From NCBI GenBank assembly GCA_041288095.1, contig JBGGMJ010000013.1, forward strand, positions 1 through 18,930: a stretch of 18,930 nt of DNA, in the 5' to 3' direction. Of the stretch, positions 6,304 through 14,387 are shown piece after piece. This stretch comes from Myxococcota bacterium (GTDB lineage Bacteria; Myxococcota; XYA12-FULL-58-9; JALHOP01). The position numbers and the translations under genes are program-made. The notes beneath the pieces were generated by a model. It had not been told where the DNA came from. It made no database searches and was given only the letters and a program-made list of their open reading frames with translations. Numbering within the stretch: the first letter of the stretch is position 1; the number at the start of each line of letters is the position of its first letter.

Positions 6304-9126
6304 TCACGTAGGCGCGATGACGAAGGCGCGACCGACTCGGGCTACCGGTCCGCCATCATGGACAACCAGAGCCGTCGACGCGAACATCCGCTGCAAGGAG
6401 CCGAGCCCATGGGCGACCGCGCGCATGCCGTCGCGGTCGCTCACGATGACCTGTTCGTCGCTCATGAGGTCGGCGACGACATCGCGACAGCCACAGACCT
6501 CGTAGTAGCGCATGCGCTCGTTCGTCGCGTCCTCGGTGAGCTGGTAGGTGCTGACGACGGCGGTCAGCTCGAGCGTCGCCAGATGGCGAATCACCTTGGC
6601 GTTCTTGGCGATGTTCCCGAAGCAATTGAAGGGGAACAACACGAGCGTCTTGTAGTCGGCCGCATGCAGGGCCTCGCGCTCGAATAGCCGATCGAGGTCA
6701 TCCGCCGAGGCGTAATGCACATGGGAGCGCAGCGGCCCACCGCCGTAGGGCTCGGCCTTGTGGACGAGGTCGCGAACGAAGTCGATGCCGTCGTAGTGAA
6801 GACCGCGCTCGTTTGCCCACTGACGATAGCGCCCCGGCCCGCTGCCGATCTCGAGCAGGTGATTCAAGCCACGCTCGCGCATCACCTGTTCGACGAACAC
6901 CATCTCGGCGGCGAGGTAGTCACCAATCGCGGGCGTGAACAGCGACGTGTCCTGCATGGCGCCGCCATAGCGGCTGAAGAAACCATGCGAGGCCGCTGGG
7001 CTCATCTCGACGCTGACCGCCGCGTCCAGGGTGTCGGGGAGGCAGGCGCTGATCTGCTCGAGCTCGGTCTCGTAGGGGCTCACGCAGGAGTAACCGTCGA
7101 GCCGCGCCAGGATCTGCGTCCCGCGACGGATGGTTCCCTCGACCACGACCGCGAAGCCCGTCTGGATCGGCACCACGAAGGTCACCTCGCCGCGGACGAC
7201 ATCGGCCTCGAAGGTCGCGAACCGATCGATGCCCGCGAAGAGCCGAGGGTTGAGAAAGAGCTCGACCGGGCCGTTGGCGGCATCGAGATAACCCGAGATC
7301 TCGAGCACCGAGCGCTGACCGCTACAGCGAACACGGTACGTCCAGCCGTCGACGGTCCGGCGCTGCAGGACGAGGTCGCTGGCCTCGCGCAGATGGCGTC
7401 CCTGACGGAGCAGCCCGCCGACACACCGCCGCGAACGCCCGACCGCCGACAACAAGATGCGGCGCAGATCACGGTGGGTGGCGTCGAGGTCGCTCGTCGT
7501 ATGCTCCTCGATGGTCGCCGAGAAGGTGTCGCGCTCGAGCGCGGTCAGCGGCTCATTCATGAAGCGGGCGCGCTGCGCGATGAGGGATGCGAGGTCCGAG
7601 CCGTCGCCGGGGCGCTGTGACCCGGCCGTCATGACCGCGGAGAGCACCGTGCTCGCGGCGCGGGCGAGCGCGCGGCTGTGCGCGCGTACCGTATGGCGCA
7701 GGCGCTCGACGTAGGTCTCCGGCAGGCCGTCGACGCGAAAGCCCAGCGCCTCGCGGGTTCGCGTGTCGAGCTCGTCGGGCGATAAGGCGTCGACGAGCAC
7801 CCAGCGCGGCAGAGCACCCAGCGCCGCGTGGATGTCCACCACCGACAGCTCGCGCGGCAGCGGCAAGAGCCAACGCTTTCCCGGGCGAATCAGGCGCGAC
7901 AGCGTCGTCCATGACTGGGCGAGCTGACGCATGGCCTCCGGGCAGCGCTCGCGAACCGCTGCAACGAAGGGCTCGGGCACGCCGAGCGCGCGCACCAGCT
8001 CGAGCGCGAAGGCATCGTCGTAGAGCCGGGGCAGCTCGTACCGCGCCCAGAGGGCGTCGTCTTGCCAGGCTGGGTCGGCCCCGGGCAGCTCCGAGATGCT
8101 CTTGAGCGAGGTGACCCACTCGAGGGTACGGGCCATGTGCTCGAGGCCGTACTGATCGACCGCGGAGCTCGTGCCGTAGATCGCCGTGTAGTCGTCGACC
8201 ATGATCGGCGCGGTGCCCGGCTGCGATGTCGTCGAGTCGAGGTCGACCGGGCCGCCGCCCACCAGGATGTTCGACGCCGCCTGGGCGCCGTGGTGCATCC
8301 GCCAGCGCGTCCACTGGGCCTGCGCGGTGGCATGGATGCCGAGGATCTCGGCCAAACGCCGGCGCCGCTCGGAGCCGCGCGCCGAGCGCTCGAGGCAATG
8401 GTCGAGCACCGCGGCGGCATCGGCTCGCGCCGCCGTCTCGGTCTCCATGAGATGTCCGAGACGCGGCTGGATCGCCGCGCGCACCATCCAGCCGTGCACG
8501 GCGTTGCCCTGAAGGCCGAGGGTCGAGGGGCGAATGAGCACGGCGAGCACGCGCGTGCCGGGGACCTCGACGAGGTTCTCGAGCACCATGCTGCACGCCA
8601 TGCGGCGGACGGCGTTCGTCACCTTGAGGCGGCCGTGATAGCCCTCGAATGTGCTGGGAGCCGCGTGGGCGAGGGGCGTCGCGCCGATGCCGGTGATGTA
8701 AAGCCCGAGCTCCGGGTCGATGACAGCGCGGCCCGCGCCCTTGTTGCCGAAGAGACCGACACCGCCATAGCGGTCAGCGAACAAGCGGCGGGTGAGGGGC
8801 GCGCTCATATCGGGTTGGACATCGAGCCCGCAGCGCTCGCGCACCCACTCGTCGATGTCGTCCGGTAGGTTCCAGCCAACCAGCTCGAACAAGGTCTCGA
8901 GGAGGTCGTGATCGACGTAGAGCACGACACAGTCGTCCGTCGGACGAGCGGCGACGGGCACGAGGTTCGCACCGATGAAGTCGAGGAGCTCGGTGCGGGC
9001 CGACGGCGTCACCCAGAGCTGCCGGGCGATCTCGAGCTGGTCGAGCCGCGTGATGCGTTCCCGATGGTCGGCGAGTCGGACTCCCCGCGCTCGCCCAGCC
9101 AGAATTTCTGGTTGCGCCGCACCCAC
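6304..9126 (-). CDS. Fusion protein: divergent SelO/YdiU/MchC-like N-terminal domain plus C-terminal class I SAM methyltransferase
   Basis: SelO-order motifs ADRYGG..GNKGAGRA, YITGIGATP, GTRVLAV, MVRA..RLGH, HHGAQAASNI..VDLD. The C-terminal ~230 aa carry LLEIGSGPG and YDGID. Exact start is uncertain. Confidence 0.7.
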   Translation of the reverse strand: MGAAQPEILAGRARGVRLADHRERITRLDQLEIARQLWVTPSARTELLDFIGANLVPVAARPTDDCVVLYVDHDLLETLFELVGWNLPDDIDEWVRERCGLDVQPDMSAPLTRRLFADRYGGVGLFGNKGAGRAVIDPELGLYITGIGATPLAHAAPSTFEGYHGRLKVTNAVRRMACSMVLENLVEVPGTRVLAVLIRPSTLGLQGNAVHGWMVRAAIQPRLGHLMETETAARADAAAVLDHCLERSARGSERRRRLAEILGIHATAQAQWTRWRMHHGAQAASNILVGGGPVDLDSTTSQPGTAPIMVDDYTAIYGTSSAVDQYGLEHMARTLEWVTSLKSISELPGADPAWQDDALWARYELPRLYDDAFALELVRALGVPEPFVAAVRERCPEAMRQLAQSWTTLSRLIRPGKRWLLPLPRELSVVDIHAALGALPRWVLVDALSPDELDTRTREALGFRVDGLPETYVERLRHTVRAHSRALARAASTVLSAVMTAGSQRPGDGSDLASLIAQRARFMNEPLTALERDTFSATIEEHTTSDLDATHRDLRRILLSAVGRSRRCVGGLLRQGRHLREASDLVLQRRTVDGWTYRVRCSGQRSVLEISGYLDAANGPVELFLNPRLFAGIDRFATFEADVVRGEVTFVVPIQTGFAVVVEGTIRRGTQILARLDGYSCVSPYETELEQISACLPDTLDAAVSVEMSPAASHGFFSRYGGAMQDTSLFTPAIGDYLAAEMVFVEQVMRERGLNHLLEIGSGPGRYRQWANERGLHYDGIDFVRDLVHKAEPYGGGPLRSHVHYASADDLDRLFEREALHAADYKTLVLFPFNCFGNIAKNAKVIRHLATLELTAVVSTYQLTEDATNERMRYYEVCGCRDVVADLMSDEQVIVSDRDGMRAVAHGLGSLQRMFASTALVVHDGGPVARVGRAFVIAPT

Positions 9127-9131
9127 GCCCT

Positions 9132-10610
9132 ATGGTGTTGCACGAAAGGATGCCGAATCCAAACGGCGAGGGAGACGCGGCGGCAGTCGCGGCCGAGCTT
9201 GCCGACTTGATCGAGAGGCAGCGGCGGACCATCGCCGCCGAACGGCTCGCGTGGGCCGGCCCCGACGCGGTGCGCGACGACCTCGCGGAGGTCGAGCAGC
9301 GCCTGGCCGCCCTGGGCGGCAGCGTTCGCCAAACCATCGAGGCGTGGCGGCTCACTCCCGCGCTGGTCTACGAGCTGAATCGAAGCGCGGGGGTCGCGAC
9401 CGCTGCCTTGCGCCACACACCGCCGCTCGCCGGGCTCCCCGAGGCGGTGCATCCGCTCCAGCAGGCCGTGCAGCCAGCCCCGTACATCATGGACTACGCG
9501 CGCAGTGGCGCACGGCTCAGCTACGTCGCCCAGGCACCGTTCATCACCGGAGTCGACCACCCGCTGCTCGCCGAAGCGGCCGAGCGAGCGCGGCGCACGA
9601 TCCACGGCGCTGGCGCGGGCAGGTCGCTCCTCTTCGGGTCAGGCATGGGGGCGATGAACACCGCCATCGACTTCATGGCGCAGACGGCGCGTGCCGCGGG
9701 ACGGCGTAACTTGCTCGGGCGTCATAGCTGGATCGAAGTGCAGGCCTACGCGCTCGAGCAGCATCCCGACACCTTCACGCTGGTCGACGAAACCGACGCC
9801 GATGCGCTCGCGAGCGCGCTCGCGGACCCAGCGGTCTTCGGGGTGATCATCGAGCCGCTCCCGAACCATCCGACGATGCCGGTGGCGGCGCTCGACGTGT
9901 GTTACAGCGCGCTCGAGAACACCGAGCGCATGCTCCTCCTCGACGCGGCCCACACACCCGAGGTCGCGCCACGCGTCATCCCGGGCGTCATCACGCTGTC
10001 GGTAGTGAGCGGCGTGAAGTTCCTCCAGGCGGGTCTCGACCTCGGCAAGTCCGGCCTGCTCACGTTTTGGGGCGATGACCGTGGCGCCTTCGCGCGCATC
10101 CTCGAGCTGCGCGAGCGCTCCGGACGGGTGCCGTCGTTCACGGAAGCCCGCCTCGCCTGCCTCGACGATCACGCGAGCTTCCAGGCACGCCTCGCCCGCT
10201 ACGACCGCAACATGCGGGCCTGGGCCGCGCACCTCGACGCGGGGCTTCGCGGCAGTGACCTCACGGTCGTCTCGCCGTGGCTCGAAGATCATCCCCACCA
10301 CGCAAGGAGCGCGACCATCGGCGGCGGTCGCTTTGTCTACCTCGGCCATCGGTCGGGCACGTCGCTGCTCGGTGTCGACAGGTGGCTATGCACCGAGGCG
10401 GCTGCTCGCGACCTGCCGGGGGTCGCGGCGTGCACCTTCGGGCTCAACGTCCCGCACGCCAACATCATCGTCGGCGCTGACGGCACGACGTTCCTTCGCC
10501 TGTCATCCGGCAGCGATAGCAGCGCTTCCAGCGACCGCGTCGTGGCGCTTTGGTCGGAGCTCCTCGCGGAACGCTTCAGACCTGCGACGAAACGATCTGC
10601 ACGCCGCTGA
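9132..10610 (+). CDS. PLP-dependent Cys/Met-metabolism (cystathionine gamma-lyase/synthase fold) enzyme with long N-terminal extension
   Basis: DYAR (YxR), FGSGMGAM, IIEPLPNHP, LLDAAH, SGVKFLQAG (PLP Lys) and FLRLSSG. Alternative start ATG 9150. Confidence 0.8.
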   Translation: MVLHERMPNPNGEGDAAAVAAELADLIERQRRTIAAERLAWAGPDAVRDDLAEVEQRLAALGGSVRQTIEAWRLTPALVYELNRSAGVATAALRHTPPLAGLPEAVHPLQQAVQPAPYIMDYARSGARLSYVAQAPFITGVDHPLLAEAAERARRTIHGAGAGRSLLFGSGMGAMNTAIDFMAQTARAAGRRNLLGRHSWIEVQAYALEQHPDTFTLVDETDADALASALADPAVFGVIIEPLPNHPTMPVAALDVCYSALENTERMLLLDAAHTPEVAPRVIPGVITLSVVSGVKFLQAGLDLGKSGLLTFWGDDRGAFARILELRERSGRVPSFTEARLACLDDHASFQARLARYDRNMRAWAAHLDAGLRGSDLTVVSPWLEDHPHHARSATIGGGRFVYLGHRSGTSLLGVDRWLCTEAAARDLPGVAACTFGLNVPHANIIVGADGTTFLRLSSGSDSSASSDRVVALWSELLAERFRPATKRSARR

Positions 10611-11226
10611 CGGTGTCCGCGAAAAAGGACGCGCCGAGCCCTTGCGCATGGCTCAGGATCTTTTCGATCTCCGCCGGCACCGCGGGCATCTGCCGGTACA
10701 TGTTCCAGTACTGCGCCACCTGAACGTTACGAATACCCGCGTACTGCAGCGACGAGACCGCCTCCGCGGCGTAGCTCGCGACGTTTCCAAAACGGTAGGC
10801 GGTCTGCAGGTTGCTGCCGAGCGTCTGGATGACCAAGGCGCGGTGATGCCGCAGGAGCCCGCCCTGGTAGGTCGTTCCGGTCGCGTCCGAGGCGAACGAG
10901 AACCCGGGGATCAGGAACACCCGGTCGAGGTAGCCCTTCAAGATCGCCGGCAGCCCGAAGTTCCAGGCCGGGAAGATCCACGCGAGGCAGGTCGCCCACT
11001 GGATGTGCTCCTGCTCGACCTTGCAGTCCTCGGGCACAGCCCCGGAGAAGCCGCTGCGCCACTCTTCTTCGGAGAGCACGGGGTTGAACCCGACACGGTA
11101 CAGATCGCGCTCGCGCACTTCGGCTTGGGCGCCGATCCCGGCGATGAAGCGCCGGGTGATCTCGGCGTTCAAGCTCTCCTTGCTCGGGTGGGCGGTCACG
11201 ATCAGAAGTCGTTGCGCGCTCGTCAT
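10576..11226 (-). CDS. NAD(P)H-dependent oxidoreductase, flavodoxin-like fold (quinone reductase KefF/MdaB type)
   Basis: TAHPSKESLN, RDLY..FNP and FPAWNFGLPAILKGYLDRVF. Start set at ATG 11226, which has an AGAGGA SD and overlaps the upstream stop (ATGA). Confidence 0.9.
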   Translation of the reverse strand: MTSAQRLLIVTAHPSKESLNAEITRRFIAGIGAQAEVRERDLYRVGFNPVLSEEEWRSGFSGAVPEDCKVEQEHIQWATCLAWIFPAWNFGLPAILKGYLDRVFLIPGFSFASDATGTTYQGGLLRHHRALVIQTLGSNLQTAYRFGNVASYAAEAVSSLQYAGIRNVQVAQYWNMYRQMPAVPAEIEKILSHAQGLGASFFADTVSGVQIVSSQV

Positions 11227-12035
11227 GGCGTCCTCTTGCGCAGCGCGATGACCTGCACCGCATCGTCCCAGCCGAGCGTGTGATCGGCGTAGCCGCCGAA
11301 AAATCCGCAGATCGACAACGGCGACTGCTGGGTGAGGAGCGTCAGCTCTCTCGGGAAGTAGACGCGCTCCGCCGATTTGATCTCGCGCACGGTTTCGCTT
11401 TCCCCGGTTTGGTTGGTGATGCGAATCACGGTGTCGACGCGACCGGTGAGCAGATCGAAGCGCGGCGCGTTGACGCCCCATTCCGCGCGGACCCGCCGTC
11501 CGGGGTGGCTCGGCGCGGTGCCGCCGTAGATGACCCCGTAGTCGATGTAGCCGACATCCTTCGGATGGTTTGCCTCGATGACCAGCAGGCTCTGGTCGTG
11601 CATCGAGCGCGACGCGCCGGCGAGAAACGCGTGCACGGCCGCATCATCCGGGAAATACGCCATGCTATCGAGCGGCAAGAGCACGAGGTCGTACGGCCCG
11701 CGTGGCGACAGATTGCACGGGTGCTCGCGAGCAAACTCGACCGGCGCTGGGGCGACAAGGGAGCGTGCGAAGCTCAAGAAGTCCTCACGCGTGTCGATGG
11801 CGGTACAGCTGAGCCCGCGGAGCGCGAGGGCGCGCGCGTAATACGCCGGGCCGCACTGCACCTCGAGGGCGCTTTGCGCTTTCCGGCCCATGAGCCGCTC
11901 GAAGAGGCCGAGCAGGAAGTCGACGTCGGCCGAGACATCGCGGAAGAAGGCCAGATGCAGCTCGAGAGGGCTCTCGAAGACCGCCGAATAGGCGAAAGGT
12001 TCCGGCGACGGGGAGGCAAGAGCGGGATTCTTCAT
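11223..12035 (-). CDS. Class I SAM-dependent methyltransferase (~270 aa)
   Basis: DVDFL..LF, motif I variant ALEVQCGPA, TAID, YDLVLLPLDS, LLVIE..HP and C-terminal R.YFPREL..L. ATG 12035 preferred because the track extension to 12239 overlaps the divergent gene at 12131. Confidence 0.85.
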   Translation of the reverse strand: MKNPALASPSPEPFAYSAVFESPLELHLAFFRDVSADVDFLLGLFERLMGRKAQSALEVQCGPAYYARALALRGLSCTAIDTREDFLSFARSLVAPAPVEFAREHPCNLSPRGPYDLVLLPLDSMAYFPDDAAVHAFLAGASRSMHDQSLLVIEANHPKDVGYIDYGVIYGGTAPSHPGRRVRAEWGVNAPRFDLLTGRVDTVIRITNQTGESETVREIKSAERVYFPRELTLLTQQSPLSICGFFGGYADHTLGWDDAVQVIALRKRTP

Positions 12036-12130
12036 GTCGCTGGCCAGGCGCGACGATAGCAGTGTATGTCGGGCCGAGGTAGATACAACCGTCACCTCCG
12101 CAAGCGCGGTCACCGGAAGGCGAGCCCGGC

Positions 12131-12583
12131 ATGGGTCAGTCGCACGAGTCGTTCTCAGAGAAGCAAGTACTCGCCGTGTTTCGTCGAACCGACGCGAACG
12201 GCAACTTCCTTTACTCCGACGCGCAAGCAACGGCAGCAACCGTTTTCTGCACGCTGACCTTGGTGCACCACGGGCACTTCACCATGGAGACCCTGCCACC
12301 GGCGCTCGCGGAAATCTGCGCCCGGTACATCAAGGACAAGAAGATCCAGGCCGGCGATCCGGCGAAGGTCCGCGCCGACATGGTGGCGCACTTCGATCGT
12401 GACATTCCCCTCGCCATGATGCGCGAGCTCAATGAAGCGATCACGACGATCGCTCGCGAAGGAGGCGCCGAAGCCGCCGAGGCCTTGGCGCGTGCCGCGC
12501 GCACGAACAGCAATCGACTAACAGGCGGCGGCCCGTTGCCCCCGAAGGGTGGCAAGGGTGGGGTCGGACCGCGCAACAACTAA
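12131..12583 (+). CDS. Hypothetical protein (150 aa) with Gly/Pro/Lys-rich C-terminal tail
   Basis: Clean ORF with GC-rich third codon positions that fills the gap between genes. No family recognised. Confidence 0.7.
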   Translation: MGQSHESFSEKQVLAVFRRTDANGNFLYSDAQATAATVFCTLTLVHHGHFTMETLPPALAEICARYIKDKKIQAGDPAKVRADMVAHFDRDIPLAMMRELNEAITTIAREGGAEAAEALARAARTNSNRLTGGGPLPPKGGKGGVGPRNN

Positions 12584-12645
12584 CCGACGGGCCATCTGGC
12601 CAACTTAATGAATTGATACGCGGCATATGCCCGCTGGAGGACATC

Positions 12646-12954
12646 ATGGGTATCGAGAACAGAGCGCCGACGACGCTCTCGGCTAGCCAACCGGTATGGA
12701 ACATGGAGACTGGCGCGAGCGCGGCTCGCGGCGGTCAGGCCACCCTCGGCCAAGTACTCAGCGCCTTCAGCGATCCGCAGTTCAGCGGCATCGCGAGCCG
12801 GAGCCCCGATCTCGCTGCGTCCGTTCGCGCACTCCAGACCGATGGGGCGACCATCCCCGAGTTGCACGATTTCGATCGTCAGGTGCACGCCGTCCCCGGC
12901 GCCTTGCAGGGCTTCGAGCGCGCTCTTGAGCGCGTCGCGCCCCACCTGCGCTAG
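12646..12954 (+). CDS. Small hypothetical protein (102 aa), paralog 1
   Basis: GGAGG SD before ATG 12646. Aligns along its whole length with 13161-13451, starting with the identical MGIENR. Confidence 0.85.
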   Translation: MGIENRAPTTLSASQPVWNMETGASAARGGQATLGQVLSAFSDPQFSGIASRSPDLAASVRALQTDGATIPELHDFDRQVHAVPGALQGFERALERVAPHLR

Positions 12955-12974
12955 AAAAATCACTCGCCTTTCCG

Positions 12975-12996
12975 CGGGGGTGTTTGCGCACCCCCG
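12975..12996. other. Stem-loop CGGGGGTG-TTTGCG-CACCCCCG downstream of paralog 1 (possible terminator or mRNA-stabilising hairpin)
   Basis: Perfect 8-bp GC-rich stem 20 nt after the stop. No adjacent U-tract, so not a canonical intrinsic terminator. Confidence 0.4.
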
Positions 12997-13160
12997 TACG
13001 GCGGGCCACACGGGCCTGAAGGCCTTGCCCCGCCCGCGCGTCGACCGCGTACGCATTCGAAGCCCTGTCGCTCCGACAGACCCAGAAGGCGCACCCTCCA
13101 GCCGGTGTCTCCGATAACCTGACCAACGATTAGCGCTCTCGGAGCGATAAGGGATTCGTC

Positions 13161-13451
13161 ATGGGTATCGAAAACAGACCATCTGGCACACTTGGATTGA
13201 ACGACACCGCTTGGCACATGGAGACCAGCCGCGGCCAGGCCACGCTGCAGAACGTCCTCCAGGCCTTCTCCGACCCCGGCTTCCGCGGCTTCGCGCAAAC
13301 ACCGGCCATCAGCCCCTCGGTCCGCGCGCTGCAGAGCAATGGCGCGACGCGAGGCGAGCTCCTCGACTTCGACGCCGCGGTGCACAGCGTGCCCGGTGCT
13401 CTGAATGCTTTCGAGAGCGCGCTGATCCGCGTCGCTCCGCACCTCGGCTAA
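13161..13451 (+). CDS. Small hypothetical protein (96 aa), paralog 2
   Basis: About 60% identical to 12646-12954 by hand alignment. AAGGGA SD-like sequence upstream. Confidence 0.85.
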   Translation: MGIENRPSGTLGLNDTAWHMETSRGQATLQNVLQAFSDPGFRGFAQTPAISPSVRALQSNGATRGELLDFDAAVHSVPGALNAFESALIRVAPHLG

Positions 13452-13480
13452 AGCGATACATATGCGGGGGCAGCGCGCCT

Positions 13481-14320
13481 TCAGGTGGGCTTCTGCCACC
13501 ACGCGCTGTGCCCCTGCATGTGCACGTCGGCCGTAATGGAGTGCTTGGCGCGGAACGCATCGATGGCGGCGCGCGCTCCCCAATAGGCGCCGTGCCCGTA
13601 GTCGTTCAGCAAGACGCGTCCCCCAGCGCTGAGCTTGGGGTAGAGCGCTTCGAGCACTGTCCGCGTCGAGTGCTCGTACTGGCAATCGACCCGGAGTAGC
13701 GCGAGCGCCTCGATGGGCGCGGTCGGCAGGGTGTCTTCGAACCAGCCGACGAGCAGCTTCACGTGGTCGCCGTACGCGCCCAACCGCTCGAAGCTCGCGA
13801 CGACCTCGTCGACGTTGGTCGCGAAAGCGCCGGTCCACGACAAGACCGCCCAGCTCGCGATCTCGGCTGGTGCATCCCGGTCGGGATCCGGCGGGGGCAG
13901 GCCGCGGAACGAGTCCGCCGCCCACAGACGGCGCCGCGGCGCGAGCTCTCCGAGCAACGCCGAGAGCAAGATCGAAATGCCGCCGCGAAACACGCCGGCC
14001 TCGCAGAAGTCGCCAGGCACACCCGCCGCGATCACATAGCGTGCATGGCCTTCGACATCGTCGAGGAACTCGCGTCCCAGCACCGTGAGAGCGCGGCCGC
14101 GATTGCCTTCGGCGGCGTAGTAAAGCTCGTCGAGCGGCGTCGACGTGAGGTCGTCGACGATCGCCTGCCACTTGCCGCGTGCCTCGAGCCGCGGACGCAG
14201 CGCCTCGAGGGTGGTGTAGAGGTGCTGGCGAAACGCCTCGATCTGCTCGGCTGTCGGCGTCTCGACAGCGCGATGACGAACCAGCTCGGCCTTGAGCTCT
14301 TCGATGCGTGGGCTTGCCAT
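13481..14320 (-). CDS. TylF/MycF/NovP-family O-methyltransferase-like protein with altered acidic active-site motifs
   Basis: VPGDFCEAGVFRGG, ADSFRGLP, GWFEDTLP, LYPKLSAGG and AIDAFR. ATG 14320 preferred because the track start at 14389 collides with the divergent gene. Confidence 0.88.
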   Translation of the reverse strand: MASPRIEELKAELVRHRAVETPTAEQIEAFRQHLYTTLEALRPRLEARGKWQAIVDDLTSTPLDELYYAAEGNRGRALTVLGREFLDDVEGHARYVIAAGVPGDFCEAGVFRGGISILLSALLGELAPRRRLWAADSFRGLPPPDPDRDAPAEIASWAVLSWTGAFATNVDEVVASFERLGAYGDHVKLLVGWFEDTLPTAPIEALALLRVDCQYEHSTRTVLEALYPKLSAGGRVLLNDYGHGAYWGARAAIDAFRAKHSITADVHMQGHSAWWQKPT

Positions 14321-14387
14321 GAACTTTTGACATACACCCGACCGGCCGCCTCGCGGTATGGTCTTCGCCGTCCAGGAGCCTCCTCCC

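Noticed and set aside
13110-13117. TCCGATAA sigma28-like -10 element upstream of paralog 2
   Set aside because: No matching -35 (TAAA) at the proper spacing, and not shared with paralog 1.
12646-13451. Paralogs as acyl/peptidyl carrier proteins or classical RiPP precursors
   Set aside because: No GxDS(L/I) phosphopantetheine motif, no leader/core pattern, and conservation spans the full length. Kept only as an open hypothesis.
12625-13465. CATATGC on both sides of the paralog pair as a target-site duplication
   Set aside because: Only 7 bp, with no transposase or terminal inverted repeats.
14327-14362. TTGACA ... TATGGT sigma70-like promoter for A2M
   Set aside because: The spacer is 24 nt, too long for a canonical pair.
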